A DNA stretch of 64,000 bases from Treponemataceae bacterium (GCA_963667725.2 CAXXHO010000001.1:34362-98361), one strand, 5' to 3'. Positions 36,816 to 47,943 are shown, numbered from the stretch's first letter. The notes: generated by a model not told the origin, from the letters alone. A program made the numbers and translations.

Positions 36816-37988
36816 TCACTCCGCGAGCCGGTAGATCTTCTCGATGTCGGCGGAGGTCAGTTTGACGAACTGGCCCGTGGTGAAGGCGTCACCCTCGGTG
36901 CACTTGCGCGCCATCTCGGCCGCGCGGTCCAGGTTGATGCCGAGGCCGGAGAGGCGGACCGGCAAGCCGAGCCCCTTCCAGAACGCCTCCAGGCGAGCGA
37001 TGCCCTCGCGGGCGACCGCCTCCTGGTCGAAGTAGCCGGCCTCGACACCCCAGACGCGCACGGCGAGCTGGGCGAAACGGGCGACGTCGTGGGAGAGCGT
37101 GTACTTCATCCAGGCGGGGAAGATGACGGCGAGGCCCGCGCCGTGGGCGACGTCGTAGATGCCGGAGAGTTCGTGCTCGATCATGTGGGATGCCCAGTCG
37201 CCGATCCGCCCGCGGTCGAGGAGGTTGTTGTGCGCCAGGCAGCCGGCCCACATCAGCTCGGCCCAGGCGTCGTAGTCGGTCTTGTCCGCGAGGATCAGCG
37301 GGGCTGCGGCGATCACGGCGCGCAGGGTGGCCTCGATGAGGCGGTCGGAGAAATCGACGTGCCGGACGTTCGTGAAATAGCGCTCGAAGAGGTGGGCCAT
37401 GATGTCGGCCGCGCCGTTGGCGATCTGGCCGGCGGGAAGGGTCATGGCCAGCTCGGGGTTCAGGATCGAGAAGCGCGGCACGATGCAGTCCGCGTTGAGG
37501 GCGCGCTTGAGGGCGCCCTCCTCGTTGGTGAGGACCGAGCCGCCCGAGGACTCGCTGCCGGCGGCCGGGATGGTGAGGACGGTGCCGACGGGCAGGGCGT
37601 CCTTAGGTTCAGGCGCGGCGCCCGAGTAGTAATCCCAAATGTCGCGGTCCGCCAGCGCGCCCACGGCGATGGCCTTGGCCGAGTCGATGACGGAGCCGCC
37701 GCCCACGGCGAGGACGATGCCGACCTTCTCCGCCTTGGCGAGGGCGATGCCCCGGCGGACTAGGCTCAGCGCGGGGTTCGGCTTGACGCCGCCCAGCTCG
37801 ACCCATTCGACGCCGGCGGCGGCCAGGGAGGCGCGCACGCGGGCAAGGAGACCGGATTTCTCGGCGCTGGAACCGCCGAAGTGGAGAAGAGCTTTCTTGG
37901 AATAGCGGACGGCTTCGGCGCCGACGCCGACCTCCGTGCCGCGCCCGAAGATGATCTTGGTGGGAAGCTGCGAAACGAAATTTTCCAT
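36816..37988 (-). CDS. Iron-containing alcohol dehydrogenase (BdhA/YqhD-like)
   Basis: PTKIIFGRG, GVKPNP, GGGSVID, HMIEHELS and HGAGLA; TATAAT and AGGAG upstream. Confidence 0.92.
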   Translation of the reverse strand: MENFVSQLPTKIIFGRGTEVGVGAEAVRYSKKALLHFGGSSAEKSGLLARVRASLAAAGVEWVELGGVKPNPALSLVRRGIALAKAEKVGIVLAVGGGSVIDSAKAIAVGALADRDIWDYYSGAAPEPKDALPVGTVLTIPAAGSESSGGSVLTNEEGALKRALNADCIVPRFSILNPELAMTLPAGQIANGAADIMAHLFERYFTNVRHVDFSDRLIEATLRAVIAAAPLILADKTDYDAWAELMWAGCLAHNNLLDRGRIGDWASHMIEHELSGIYDVAHGAGLAVIFPAWMKYTLSHDVARFAQLAVRVWGVEAGYFDQEAVAREGIARLEAFWKGLGLPVRLSGLGINLDRAAEMARKCTEGDAFTTGQFVKLTSADIEKIYRLAE

Positions 37989-38045
37989 GGCGAACTCCTG
38001 CCGCCCATTATAGCCGAGGTCGGGGGCTCGCGGAACGGGCTTGCC

Positions 38046-38075
38046 TTGACAGCGGCGGAAAGAGGCGGCTATTGT
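38046..38075 (+). promoter_or_regulatory. Leaderless promoter TTGACA-18-TATTGT, 6 nt before ATG 38082
   Basis: Read directly from the sequence. Confidence 0.65.
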
Positions 38076-38081
38076 CTCGGC

Positions 38082-38990
38082 ATGCCGAAAAAATTCCTCG
38101 CCGTCTGCCTCAATCCCGTCATCCAGAAAACCCTCGTGTTCGACGGCCTCGCCATCGACCACGTGAACCGCGCGCGCATCGCGCAGACCGACGCCTCCGG
38201 AAAGGGCATCAACGTTGCGCGCGTGCTCTCGCAGCGCGGTGCGGAAGTCGCCCACCTCACGCACGCTGGCGGCGCCAACCGCGAATGGTTCCTCTCCCTC
38301 TGCGCCGCCGACGGCCTCGACATCCGCTGGGTGGACTCGGGCTCGGAGGCGCGCATCTGCACCACCGTGATCGACGCAGCGGCGCATACCGCCACCGAGC
38401 TCGTCGAGGAAGCCTCGCCCATAGGGCCGGGCACCGAGGAAAGGCTGCTCGACCTTTACAGCGCCACGATACCCGGGTTCGACGTCCTCGTCGTGTCGGG
38501 AACGAAGGCGACCGGCTACTCCGACCGGGTGATTCCCGCCATGGTGGAGAGGGCGGCCGCGCATGGCGCCCTCATCGTCCTCGATATCAAGGGCAAGGAT
38601 CTCCTCGCCTGCCTGCCGTTCAGGCCCGCCGTCGTGAAGCCCAACCTGAGCGAGTTCCTGGGCACCTTCCCCGCCCCCGCCGGCTCCGGCGAGGGAGAGG
38701 CGCTGCGCGAGCATGTGCGCGCCGCCGCCGCCTCGCTCAAGGAGCGCTACGGCACCGAGCTGGTGATCACGCGCGGAGGCAAGCCGATCTGGTTCAACGT
38801 GGGCGGCGCGGCGGCGGAAGAGCCGATCGTGCCGGCCAAGGCGATCAACCCGACGGGATCGGGCGACTCCTTCACCGCGGGTCTGGCCTTCGCCCTGGCG
38901 AACGGCGCCACCCTGCGCGAGGCGATCGCGGACGGCGCGCGGATGGGCGCCCTCAACGCGGAAAACCTCAAGCCCGGCTCGATCCGCTGA
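38082..38990 (+). CDS. PfkB family sugar-phosphate kinase (FruK/LacC-like)
   Basis: LNPVIQ, SGKGINVARV, VKPN and NPTGSGDSF. Confidence 0.9.
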   Translation: MPKKFLAVCLNPVIQKTLVFDGLAIDHVNRARIAQTDASGKGINVARVLSQRGAEVAHLTHAGGANREWFLSLCAADGLDIRWVDSGSEARICTTVIDAAAHTATELVEEASPIGPGTEERLLDLYSATIPGFDVLVVSGTKATGYSDRVIPAMVERAAAHGALIVLDIKGKDLLACLPFRPAVVKPNLSEFLGTFPAPAGSGEGEALREHVRAAAASLKERYGTELVITRGGKPIWFNVGGAAAEEPIVPAKAINPTGSGDSFTAGLAFALANGATLREAIADGARMGALNAENLKPGSIR

Positions 38991-39855
38991 AGACGCGGGC
39001 GCCTGGCGATTGATCCGCCGCGCCCTTCCCGGCCTTCCCCCCCTCGACGAAGTCCACCTTCTGGAGAAACCTGTCCCTGTAATCGCTCGGCGAAATGCCT
39101 ATGGCCTTGTGAAAGGCCCTGCTGAAGGAGAACTGGCTTTCAAAACCCAACTTGTCCGAAATCTCGCCGATGCGGAGATTCGTGCTCGACAGCATAGCGC
39201 AGGCCGCCTCGATTTTCAGGCGCGCGTAGTAGCGCATCGGGGGCATGCCCATTCCCGCCGAGAAGAGCCGCACGAAATGCTCGCGCGACACGTCCAGAAT
39301 GCCGCAGAGTTCACCGAGGTCTATGTCCCGCTCGATGCGCGACTGCATTATTGCGATGGACTTTTCGATATGGGCGTTGTCCGCCGCTCCCCAGCCCGAC
39401 TGGCCTTTGCCGGCGGCGATCTGGTAAAGCAGCGAGATCAGGCTATGCCGCGCCGAGTATTCGAGTTCCTCTTCGGTTGAAAGATGCTTCTCGAGGATGT
39501 CGGCGAAGAAGAAGCGATAGCCCGTTCCCACGATCCGCCCCTCCCCCTTGCCCACCAGGCGTTCGAGGAGGGCCGCCACTTCGCCGTCGTCGGCGACATC
39601 GATGAGGAGGGCGTAGTAGGTGATGGGCTTTTCGGGAACGGTGGCCAGGATTTGGTGGCGCATGCCGGGCGAGCTGAAATAGAGGCTCCCCTTCTGAATC
39701 GCATAACGCGTCGACGCGTTCCGGAAGCTCCCCTCGCCCGAGACGAAGTAGTGCATCTCGTAGAGGCAGGCGCCGTGGGCGTGGTCCCTGCCGTGCCACG
39801 CGATCTGCCCGGGGTCGCTCAAGTGGTATACGAAGACGATATCCTCGAAACGCAT
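38968..39855 (-). CDS. AraC family transcriptional regulator
   Basis: N-terminal cupin (HAHG..YEMHY..H) and a C-terminal double HTH (GFESQFSFSRAF..G.SP). Confidence 0.92.
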   Translation of the reverse strand: MRFEDIVFVYHLSDPGQIAWHGRDHAHGACLYEMHYFVSGEGSFRNASTRYAIQKGSLYFSSPGMRHQILATVPEKPITYYALLIDVADDGEVAALLERLVGKGEGRIVGTGYRFFFADILEKHLSTEEELEYSARHSLISLLYQIAAGKGQSGWGAADNAHIEKSIAIMQSRIERDIDLGELCGILDVSREHFVRLFSAGMGMPPMRYYARLKIEAACAMLSSTNLRIGEISDKLGFESQFSFSRAFHKAIGISPSDYRDRFLQKVDFVEGGKAGKGAADQSPGARVFSGSSRA

Positions 39856-40032
39856 CGCCGCTCCTCCCGGAGACGATACCCCACATTCGCGCTGGGCGCC
39901 AGAATAAAAATATCACTTTAGGATATATACTATCAATTCGCGCCATTCCGATCCGCCAAAAGTGGAACATTATATATACAAAGGCTTTAGGTCTCTGTCC
40001 TTGCCGAAAAAAGGCAAAAGGGGGATGTGGGA

Positions 40033-41085
40033 ATGAAAAAATTACTGCTAGTGTTTCTCGGGGTGGCCATCGTCGTTTCCGGCGTATGGGCGCAGAAAGG
40101 AGCGCTGATCGGCGTCGCCATGCCGACCCAGTCGCTGCAGCGCTGGAACCAGGACGGCGCGAACATGAAGGCGAAGCTCGAGGCCAAGGGCTACAAGGTC
40201 GTGCTCCAGTACGCGAACAACGATGTGAACACCCAGGTCCAGCAGCTCGAGAATATGATCACCCAGGGTTGCAAGGTCCTCGTGATCGCCTCGATCGACG
40301 GCTCGGTGCTGAGCGATGTCCTGAAGCAGGCCAAGGAGTTCGACATCAAGGTGATCGCCTACGACAGGCTGATCATGAACACGCCCGACGTCGACTACTA
40401 CGCCACGTTCGACAACTTCAAGGTCGGCGTGATCCAGGGCCAGTACATCGAAAAAGCCCTCGGACTCAAGGAAGGCAAGGGCCCCTACAATCTCGAGCTC
40501 TTCGCCGGATCTCCCGACGACAACAACGCCGTGTTCTTCTTCAACGGCGCCATGAGTATCCTGAATCCGTACATCGCCGCGAAGAAATTCGCCATCCCCT
40601 CGGGCCAGAAGGACTTCACCGTCATCGCCACCCAGAGCTGGGATTCCGCCAAGGCGCAGGCCAGGATGGACAATCTCATCACCGCCAACTACGCCAAGGG
40701 CGCTAAGCTGGACGTCATCCTGTCGCCCAACGACTCGGTGGCCATCGGCGTGATCGCCTCCCTCAAGAACGCGGGATACGGCGCCGGAAAACCCTACCCC
40801 GTGCTGACGGGCCAGGACTGCGACAAGGCGAACGTGAAGGCCATGATTTCCGGACAGCAGTCCATGTCGATCTTCAAGGACACGAGAACGCTCGCCGCCC
40901 AGGTCGTCGACATGGTCGAGTCGCTGATGGCGGGCAAGTACGCCAAGGTGAACGACACCAAGACCTACTTCAACGGCGTCAAGACCGTGCCGTCCTTCCT
41001 CTGCGACCCCGTGTACGCGGACAAGAACAACTACAAGGCCCTGCTCGTCGACAGCGGCTATTATAAGGAAGCCGACCTCAAGTAA
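40033..41085 (+). CDS. chvE: Multiple-monosaccharide binding protein (ChvE-like)
   Basis: [37 protein letters not shown] and TGQD. Confidence 0.88.
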   Translation: MKKLLLVFLGVAIVVSGVWAQKGALIGVAMPTQSLQRWNQDGANMKAKLEAKGYKVVLQYANNDVNTQVQQLENMITQGCKVLVIASIDGSVLSDVLKQAKEFDIKVIAYDRLIMNTPDVDYYATFDNFKVGVIQGQYIEKALGLKEGKGPYNLELFAGSPDDNNAVFFFNGAMSILNPYIAAKKFAIPSGQKDFTVIATQSWDSAKAQARMDNLITANYAKGAKLDVILSPNDSVAIGVIASLKNAGYGAGKPYPVLTGQDCDKANVKAMISGQQSMSIFKDTRTLAAQVVDMVESLMAGKYAKVNDTKTYFNGVKTVPSFLCDPVYADKNNYKALLVDSGYYKEADLK

Positions 41086-41103
41086 TTCTGGCCCTCGGCC
41101 ATG

Positions 41104-41143
41104 GCGAAAGGGCTGGCCCGCAAAGGCGGGCCAGCCCTTTCGC
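41104..41143 (+). terminator. Intercistronic 18-bp stem-loop between the SBP and ATPase genes
   Basis: GCGAAAGGGCTGGCCCGC-AAAG-GCGGGCCAGCCCTTTCGC. Confidence 0.65.
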
Positions 41144-41177
41144 GTCCGCGCCGGAACAGGGCAAGGAGCGAGCAACG

Positions 41178-42728
41178 TTGAGCGATATCATCCTTGAAAT
41201 GCGGGACATCTCGAAAACTTTCCCGGGCGTGACGGCGCTGAGCCACGTGAACCTTTCGATACGCCGCGGAGAGATCCACGCGCTCGTGGGGGAGAACGGC
41301 GCGGGAAAGTCGACGCTCATGAACATCCTGAGCGGCGTCCTCCCCCACGGAACCTACACGGGGAAAATCATCTTCGAGAACGCCGAATGCGCCTTCCACG
41401 ATGTCAGGGACAGCGAGAAAAAGGGCATAGGAATCATCCACCAGGAGCTCGCGCTCATTCCCTACCTCTCCATCGGCGAGAATGTCTTCCTGAGGAACGA
41501 GCGGGCGAAACGAAATATCATCAACTGGGATGTCACCTACCGGGAGGCGAAGAAATATCTCGACCTCGTCGGGCTCCGGGAAAATCCCAGAACCGCGGTC
41601 AAGGACATCGGCGTCGGCAAGCAGCAGCTCGTCGAGATAGCCAAGGCGCTGTCGCGCCAGGCCAAGCTCCTCATCCTGGACGAGCCGACGGCGTCGCTCA
41701 ACGAGGACGATTCGCGGCACCTGCTCGAACTGCTCCTCGACCTCAAGTCGAAAGGGCTCACCTCGATCCTCATATCGCACAAGCTCAACGAGATTTCGCA
41801 GGTGGCCGACTCCATCTCGATCCTGCGCGACGGCCTCACCGTGGAGACCTTGCTGAAAGGAACCGACGCCATCGACGAGAACCGGATCATCAAAGGCATG
41901 GTGGGCCGCGAGCTGGTGGACCGCTTCCCCAAGCGGACCCCGAATATCGGCGGCGTCGCCTTCGAGATCAAGAACTGGAATGTCTTCAGCCCCATCAATC
42001 CGGACCGCCAGATAATCAAGAATGTCAGCATCCATGTGCGCGAAGGCGAAGTCATCGGCTTGGCGGGCCTGATGGGGGCGGGGCGCACGGAATTGGCGAT
42101 GAGCATTTTCGGGCGTTCCTTCGGCACGAAGATCAGCGGCCGCGCAATCAAGCGGGCTAAGGAAATCAGCATCGGCAGCGTCCAGCAGGCGATCGAGCAG
42201 GGCATTTCCTACGCGACGGAGGACCGGAAGACGGCCGGCCTCAATCTCATCGGCGACATCAAGGAAAACATAACGATAGCGGGCCTGAAAAAATTGTCCA
42301 AGCGTTGGGTGATCGACGCGGACCGCGAGATCGGCGTCGCCGAGGAATACAGGGCGAAGCTCAATATCCGGTCGTCCAGCATCCTTCAGAAGGCGGGCAA
42401 TCTGTCCGGCGGGAACCAGCAGAAGATCGTCCTCTCGAAATGGATCTTCACCGAGCCGGACGTCCTCATTCTTGACGAGCCTACGCGCGGCATCGACGTG
42501 GGCGCCAAATTCGAAATCTACACCATCATCAACAAGCTCGCGGACGAGGGCAAATCGGTCATCTTCATCTCGTCCGAGCTTCCGGAGATCTTGGGCATCT
42601 CCGACCGGATATACGTGATGAACGAAGGCCAGATCGTCGGCGAGTTCCCCCGCGGGGAAGCGACGCAGGAAGGCATCATGAAGTGCATCATGCAGAGCTC
42701 AAGGGAGAGCGGCAATGGAAAACATTAA
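41178..42728 (+). CDS. mmsA: Multiple-monosaccharide ABC ATP-binding protein (MmsA/GguA)
   Basis: [15 protein letters not shown] and LSGGNQQK; follows chvE. Confidence 0.88.
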   Translation: MSDIILEMRDISKTFPGVTALSHVNLSIRRGEIHALVGENGAGKSTLMNILSGVLPHGTYTGKIIFENAECAFHDVRDSEKKGIGIIHQELALIPYLSIGENVFLRNERAKRNIINWDVTYREAKKYLDLVGLRENPRTAVKDIGVGKQQLVEIAKALSRQAKLLILDEPTASLNEDDSRHLLELLLDLKSKGLTSILISHKLNEISQVADSISILRDGLTVETLLKGTDAIDENRIIKGMVGRELVDRFPKRTPNIGGVAFEIKNWNVFSPINPDRQIIKNVSIHVREGEVIGLAGLMGAGRTELAMSIFGRSFGTKISGRAIKRAKEISIGSVQQAIEQGISYATEDRKTAGLNLIGDIKENITIAGLKKLSKRWVIDADREIGVAEEYRAKLNIRSSSILQKAGNLSGGNQQKIVLSKWIFTEPDVLILDEPTRGIDVGAKFEIYTIINKLADEGKSVIFISSELPEILGISDRIYVMNEGQIVGEFPRGEATQEGIMKCIMQSSRESGNGKH

Positions 42729-43887
42729 AACCATACTGAAAAACAACCTCCGGCAATACGCGATGCTCATCGCCCTCGTCTTCATCATGGGGCTCTTCCA
42801 GATTCTCACGAAAGGCATCCTCCTTGTCCCGATGAACGTGACGAACCTGATCCTGCAGAACGCGTACGTGTTCATCCTGGCGATCGGCATGACGCTCTGC
42901 ATCCTGACCGGCGGCAATATCGACCTTTCGGTCGGCTCCATAGTCGCCTTCATCGGCGCGCTTTGCGGCAATTTCATCATCACCATGAACATGAATCCGG
43001 CCGCGTCGCTCGTGCTGGTCCTGCTCATCGGCCTTGTGATCGGCGTCTGGCAGGGCTTCTGGATCGCCTACGTGCGCATTCCGGCCTTCATCGTCACGCT
43101 GGCGGGGCAGCTGCTTTTCCGCGGCCTCACGCTCTTCATGCTGAAGGGCCTGACGCTGGGACCCTTCCCCGAACAATTCCAGCGGATCAGCTCGGGGTTC
43201 GTTCCCGACATTCTGGGGATGCCCAAGGGCGCGCTGAACGGCACCACGCTCATCGCGGGAGGGCTCGCGGTCGCCTTCTACTGCGTCTCGCAGATCGCCC
43301 GGCGGGCCTCGCACAAGCGCAACGGTTTCGAGGTTCCGCCCCTCGCCGCCTTCGTCGCCAAAATGGCGCTCATGACGCTCGTCATCGTCCTGGCCACCTT
43401 CTGGCTCGCGCGGTACAAGGGCTTGCCGATCATTTTCGTGATCATCTGCGTGCTGATCGCGGGGTACTCGTTCTTCACGATGCGCACGGTGCCGGGAAGG
43501 TATCTCTACGCCATGGGCGGCAACGAGAAGGCCGCCCAGTTGTCGGGGATCAACACCAACAAGGTCCTTTTCCTGGCCTATGTGAACATGAGCGTGATGG
43601 CGGCCATAGCGGGCATAGCGTTCACGTCCCGCCTCAACGCTGCCTCGCCGCAGTCCGGGCAGAACTTTGAGCTGGACGCGATCGCCGCCTGCTTCATCGG
43701 CGGAGCCTCGGCCTACGGAGGCGTGGGCACGATCATCGGCGCCATCATCGGCGCGCTGGTCATGGGCGTCCTGAACAACGGAATGTCGATCCTGGGCATG
43801 GGCAGCGACGTGCAGCAGATCGTCAAAGGGCTCGTGCTGCTCCTCGCCGTCGCCTTCGACGTGATCTCCAAGAAAAAGGCGCGCTGA
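42715..43887 (+). CDS. mmsB: Multiple-monosaccharide ABC permease (MmsB/GguB)
   Basis: [25 protein letters not shown] and [12 protein letters not shown]. Confidence 0.88.
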   Translation: MENIKTILKNNLRQYAMLIALVFIMGLFQILTKGILLVPMNVTNLILQNAYVFILAIGMTLCILTGGNIDLSVGSIVAFIGALCGNFIITMNMNPAASLVLVLLIGLVIGVWQGFWIAYVRIPAFIVTLAGQLLFRGLTLFMLKGLTLGPFPEQFQRISSGFVPDILGMPKGALNGTTLIAGGLAVAFYCVSQIARRASHKRNGFEVPPLAAFVAKMALMTLVIVLATFWLARYKGLPIIFVIICVLIAGYSFFTMRTVPGRYLYAMGGNEKAAQLSGINTNKVLFLAYVNMSVMAAIAGIAFTSRLNAASPQSGQNFELDAIAACFIGGASAYGGVGTIIGAIIGALVMGVLNNGMSILGMGSDVQQIVKGLVLLLAVAFDVISKKKAR

Positions 43888-43902
43888 GGGTTTTTGCGGG
43901 GA

Positions 43903-43942
43903 ATAGGACAGGACAACAGGACAAGCAGGATTCACGGGAGTC
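43903..43942 (+). repeat. Degenerate ACAGGA tandem units after mmsB
   Basis: ataggacaggacaacaggacaagcaggattcacgggagtc. Confidence 0.55.
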
Positions 43943-44025
43943 AGCGGCGCCCAAGCAGCCCCCGCGGCGCCGCCCCTCCTCCACGCCCGAGACGATCGTG
44001 AAATAATTCCTTATCGTGTTTCAAG

Positions 44026-44053
44026 TTGACAAGGCAAAAATTCTCGATACTAT
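44026..44053 (+). promoter_or_regulatory. Promoter TTGACA-16-TACTAT for the peptidase/transporter operon
   Basis: Read directly from the sequence. Confidence 0.6.
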
Positions 44054-44107
44054 GGGCGCAGTGGATAAAAAACCATCCATTCGCTGGATGGTCAAGGAGG
44101 ATGTGCT

Positions 44108-45769
44108 ATGCGAAAGAGACTGGCGCTCACGGCGGCTATCCTGGCGCTCGCGGTTCTCGCGGCCGGCGCCGCGGACTTCTCCCAATACGCTTCTCCGGAC
44201 CTGGAGCCCGGCGAATGCACGGCCCTCATCATCGGCAAGCTCGCCTCGACGGACGGCTCGGTGATGACCTCGCACACCTGCGACGGCAACTACGACTCGC
44301 GGCTCACCGTTGTGCCCGGCAAGAGCTTCAAGCCCGGCGAAACGGTGAAAATTCTCAAGGATCTCCTCTACTCCGACAATCCCAGCGTCAAGGTGACGGT
44401 GCTGGGCGAGATCCCCCAGGTCGAGAAGACCTACACCTATTTCCAGATCGCCTATCCCTTCATGAACGAGAACCAGGTCATGATCGGCGAGACGACGATC
44501 GGCAACAAGAAGGAACTCAACAACCCCAGCGGCATGTTCTACATCGAGCAGCTCGAGGCTATCGCCCTGCAGCGCGCCAAGACCGCCCGCGAGGCCGTCA
44601 AGATCATGGGCGAGCTGGCCGAGAAATACGGCTACGCCGACGGCGGCGAGTGCCTGACCGTGACCGACGCGAACGAAGGCTGGGTCTTCGAGTGCCTGGG
44701 CGCGGGTCCGCTCTGGACCAAGGATTCCGGACAGCCCGGCGCCGTCTGGGCCGCTGTCCGCGTTCCCGACGACAAGATCTTCGTGTCCGCCAACCGCTCG
44801 CGCATCGGCGAGCTCGACCTGTCCAAGCCGGACTGGTACATGGCCTCCCCCAACGTCTTCAGCCTGGCCCAGGACATGGGCTTCTGGGACGGCAAATCGA
44901 CCTTCCGCTTCCGGGAAGCCTACGCGCCCAAGGACAATCCCTACAACTCCAGGCGCGAGTGGCGCGTCTACTCGGCCTTCGCCCCCTCCAGGAACTTCGA
45001 TCCCTTCGCCCGCCGCTATCCCTTCGCCGTGACCCCCGACAAGAAGATCAGCGTGCAGGACGTGATGGCGATCTACCGCGACCACTACGAAGGCACGCAG
45101 TTCGACCTGACCAAGGGCGTCGAGGCGGGCCCCTTCGGGAACCCGAACCGCTGGGCCACCAAGTCGGCGCCCGGCTCCGGCGGCTGGGAACGCGCGATTT
45201 CCATGTTCCGCTGTTCCTACTGCTTCGTCTCACAGGCCAGAAGCTGGCTGCCCGACGCCATCGGCGGCGTGCTCTGGTTCGGCGAGGACGCCCCGCACGC
45301 CACGGTGTACATGCCGATCTACGCCGGCGTCACCGCGGTGCCCAAGTCCCTCGGGATCCAGAACCGCTACGCCTTCAGCCGCGACTCGGCGTGGTGGGCC
45401 TTCGACTTCGTCGAGAACTGGGCCAACCTCTCCTACTCCTACATCATCAAGGACATCAAGGCCAAGCAGGCCCAGTATGAGGGCGAGTTCTTCGCCATGC
45501 AGGGCCCCGTCGAGGCGGCCGCCGCGGCGATGTACAAGACCGACCCGGCACTGGCCAAGTCCTTCCTGACCCGCTACTCGAACGACGCGATCAACCGCGT
45601 GGTCGGCGAGTGGTGGAACTTCGCGGACGAGCTCGTGGCCAAGTACAACGACGGCTACCTCTGGTACAAGACCAAGGGCTACCCCGACGAGTGGCTCGCC
45701 GCGGTCAAGTACGGCGATTCCGCCAAGTTCGACAAGTACAAAGACCTCATCTACCCGGACGAAAAGTAA
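44108..45769 (+). CDS. Secreted C69 family dipeptidase (Ntn hydrolase)
   Basis: Signal peptide, then ECTALIIG..ASTDGS, MNENQV.IGETT, AKTAREA and WERAIS. Confidence 0.9.
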   Translation: MRKRLALTAAILALAVLAAGAADFSQYASPDLEPGECTALIIGKLASTDGSVMTSHTCDGNYDSRLTVVPGKSFKPGETVKILKDLLYSDNPSVKVTVLGEIPQVEKTYTYFQIAYPFMNENQVMIGETTIGNKKELNNPSGMFYIEQLEAIALQRAKTAREAVKIMGELAEKYGYADGGECLTVTDANEGWVFECLGAGPLWTKDSGQPGAVWAAVRVPDDKIFVSANRSRIGELDLSKPDWYMASPNVFSLAQDMGFWDGKSTFRFREAYAPKDNPYNSRREWRVYSAFAPSRNFDPFARRYPFAVTPDKKISVQDVMAIYRDHYEGTQFDLTKGVEAGPFGNPNRWATKSAPGSGGWERAISMFRCSYCFVSQARSWLPDAIGGVLWFGEDAPHATVYMPIYAGVTAVPKSLGIQNRYAFSRDSAWWAFDFVENWANLSYSYIIKDIKAKQAQYEGEFFAMQGPVEAAAAAMYKTDPALAKSFLTRYSNDAINRVVGEWWNFADELVAKYNDGYLWYKTKGYPDEWLAAVKYGDSAKFDKYKDLIYPDEK

Positions 45770-45825
45770 GCAGACTATCGGGGGCGGCCGCCGCCCCCGG
45801 TTTTTCCCCAGGAGGAGAACTCACC

Positions 45826-46452
45826 GTGCGAAGCATCACCATAATCAATAAAGGCTCGAAAGCCGGAAACGCCTCGGCTTCGGCGATCGTCATCGCCCTT
45901 CTCGCGGCGTTCGTCTTCTGCGCGGCCGCCGGCGCCCAGCAGGCACCCTTGCCCAAGGGGCTTCCCGAACTGAGGGCGCCCATACTCATCACCGCCTGCG
46001 GCCAGAGCCCCGGCGGCGTCTACGTCAAGGTCGTATGCCGCCAGGTCAAGCTCGACGCCGATCTGGACGAGATGGCCACCGTCCAGACCCTGGGCGCCCG
46101 CGCCTACAAGACTCTGGTCATCATCACCGGTACCAGTCTCAAGGGCATGGGCTCGGCGGGCGTCGAGCTTCCCGACGAGATCAAGCGCTGCACCGAGCTT
46201 ATCAAGAAAGCCAAGGCCGCCGGTATGAAAGTGATCGTCGCCCAGGTCGAGGGCGCCTCGCGCCGCGTCGACGAGTCCGACGAGCAGTCCATCCGCTCGA
46301 TGACGCCGCTCGCCGACCTCCTCGTCACCCACAACCAGGCGAACAAGGACGGCTACTTCACCAAGACGGCGGCGGAGAAGAAGATTCCGCAAATCTTCAT
46401 CGACCAGCAGCTCGATCTCGTGAAGATATTCCCGCAGATTTTCTCCAAATAG
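45826..46452 (+). CDS. Exported alpha/beta protein, DUF6305-like
   Basis: Signal peptide; LITACGQSPG, G.SLKGMGSAG and N.DGYF. Family name is recalled from motifs and context. GTG start after AGGAGGAG. Confidence 0.6.
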   Translation: MRSITIINKGSKAGNASASAIVIALLAAFVFCAAAGAQQAPLPKGLPELRAPILITACGQSPGGVYVKVVCRQVKLDADLDEMATVQTLGARAYKTLVIITGTSLKGMGSAGVELPDEIKRCTELIKKAKAAGMKVIVAQVEGASRRVDESDEQSIRSMTPLADLLVTHNQANKDGYFTKTAAEKKIPQIFIDQQLDLVKIFPQIFSK

Positions 46453-46468
46453 CGCCAAGGAGGTCGCC

Positions 46469-47758
46469 ATGCTCAACCATGCGCTGCTCGTCCTGGGGGT
46501 GATGGTCGCCGCGTTCGCCATCGCCAGCCGGCTCAAGGTGAGCGTGGAGCTCTCCATGCTTCTGGCCGCCGTCGCCGGTGGCCTGGCCCATGGCTCGGGC
46601 TTCTCCGCCCGCCATATTGTGGACGGATCTTTCACCTATTTCGACGTTACGCTGATCTTCCTCAGCGCGACCTTCTTCATGAACATCGTGAAGGAGTCGG
46701 GCGGGGTGGATTACATCGTCGGCGGCATCGTCAAGCGCTTCCACGCGAACCGCTTCCTCTGCCTCCTCTTCCTCACCTTCATCCTCCTGATCCCGGGCGC
46801 CCTCACGGGTTCGGGGAGCGTCACGGTCCTGGTCGTGGGCGCTTTGGCGGCCAAGGTGCTTTCCGAGATGGGCATACCCAAGGAGAAGGTCACGGCGATC
46901 GTCTTCCTCTGCGCCGCGATGAGCGCCGCCGCGCCGCCCGTGAACCTTTGGGCGATGATGGCGGCCGCCGGCTCCAACATGCCCTACGTGGGATTCGTCG
47001 GGCCGCTCGGCGCGCTTTCGATCGCGGGAGCGCTCTTCAGCATGTTCTGGCTCGGCTGGAAGGGCACGCCCATCGACGCGCCCAAAGTTCTCGCCGAGAT
47101 CAAGGTCGACGCGAGGATGCGCGGATGGCGGGTCGGAATTCCCTTCGCCGCGCTGATCGCGCTTATCGCGCTGTCCAGGATCTTCCCGCATTCCTTCCCG
47201 ATCCTCGGCCTGCCCCTCTGCTTCATGATCGCGGCGGCAGCAGCCGCCGCGACGAGCGCCAAGAGGCTGCCGCTGCTCAAGATCGCGCGCGACACGGTGG
47301 ACAGCCTCCTGCCCCTGATAGGGATGATGGTTGTCGTGGGCATCCTGGTCCAGGCGATGAGCCTGAGCGGCGTGCGCGGGCTGATATCGCTGAGCGTCGT
47401 CACCCTGCCCCTGGCTGTTATCATCGGCGCCCTCTTCGTCATCCTGCCCCTGTCCGAGGGGCTCGTGCAGTACGCCTCGGCGCCCCTGCTCGGCGTCCCC
47501 CTCATCCTGCTTTTCAACATGAAGGGCATCGATCCCGTGGTGGCGCTCTCGGCCATGGCGATGATGTGGCCCCTCGGCGACATGCTGCCGCCGACCCTCG
47601 TGGTCGGCCGCGCGGCGGTCATGGTCACCGGCTACGACGGCGCCTATTACCGGGGCTTCGTCAAGGCGACGCTCGTGCCGGCCCTCTTCATTCTGGCCCT
47701 CTCGACCCTCGCCGTGGTCTTCAACGGCCAGCTCACTTTCCTCAAGGCCTTGGGATAA
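46469..47758 (+). CDS. DctM-like / ion-transporter superfamily permease
   Basis: About 12 TM segments; PGALTGSG, AAAPPVNLW and GDMLPPT hairpin motifs. Confidence 0.75.
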   Translation: MLNHALLVLGVMVAAFAIASRLKVSVELSMLLAAVAGGLAHGSGFSARHIVDGSFTYFDVTLIFLSATFFMNIVKESGGVDYIVGGIVKRFHANRFLCLLFLTFILLIPGALTGSGSVTVLVVGALAAKVLSEMGIPKEKVTAIVFLCAAMSAAAPPVNLWAMMAAAGSNMPYVGFVGPLGALSIAGALFSMFWLGWKGTPIDAPKVLAEIKVDARMRGWRVGIPFAALIALIALSRIFPHSFPILGLPLCFMIAAAAAAATSAKRLPLLKIARDTVDSLLPLIGMMVVVGILVQAMSLSGVRGLISLSVVTLPLAVIIGALFVILPLSEGLVQYASAPLLGVPLILLFNMKGIDPVVALSAMAMMWPLGDMLPPTLVVGRAAVMVTGYDGAYYRGFVKATLVPALFILALSTLAVVFNGQLTFLKALG

Positions 47759-47770
47759 GGAGGCGGCGCG

Positions 47771-47926
47771 ATGAACGAAGCGGTGATGGCGCTCTATTAC
47801 GCCACGACGGCATTTTTCGCCGCCATGATGGCATGGAATTTCGTCCGCGCGAAGGACGCGCAGAAAGCCCTCCTCTACCTGGTCGTGCTGATGCCCTTCG
47901 TCATGCGGCTCCTCAGGCTCAAGTGA
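47771..47926 (+). CDS. 51-aa two-TM membrane protein (not in the ORF track)
   Basis: MNEAVMALYYATTAFFAAMMAWNFVRAKDAQKALLYLVVLMPFVMRLLRLK; RBS AAGGAGG; fills the operon gap. Confidence 0.75.
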   Translation: MNEAVMALYYATTAFFAAMMAWNFVRAKDAQKALLYLVVLMPFVMRLLRLK

Positions 47927-47943
47927 CGGAAGGGAGGCTTGGT

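Noticed and set aside
38968..38990. Convergent 3' overlap of the PfkB and AraC genes
   Set aside because: Short tail overlaps are common, and there is no evidence of function.
43996..44014. Rex-like operator TCGTGAAATAATTCCTTA
   Set aside because: The right half-site matches TTCACAA poorly.
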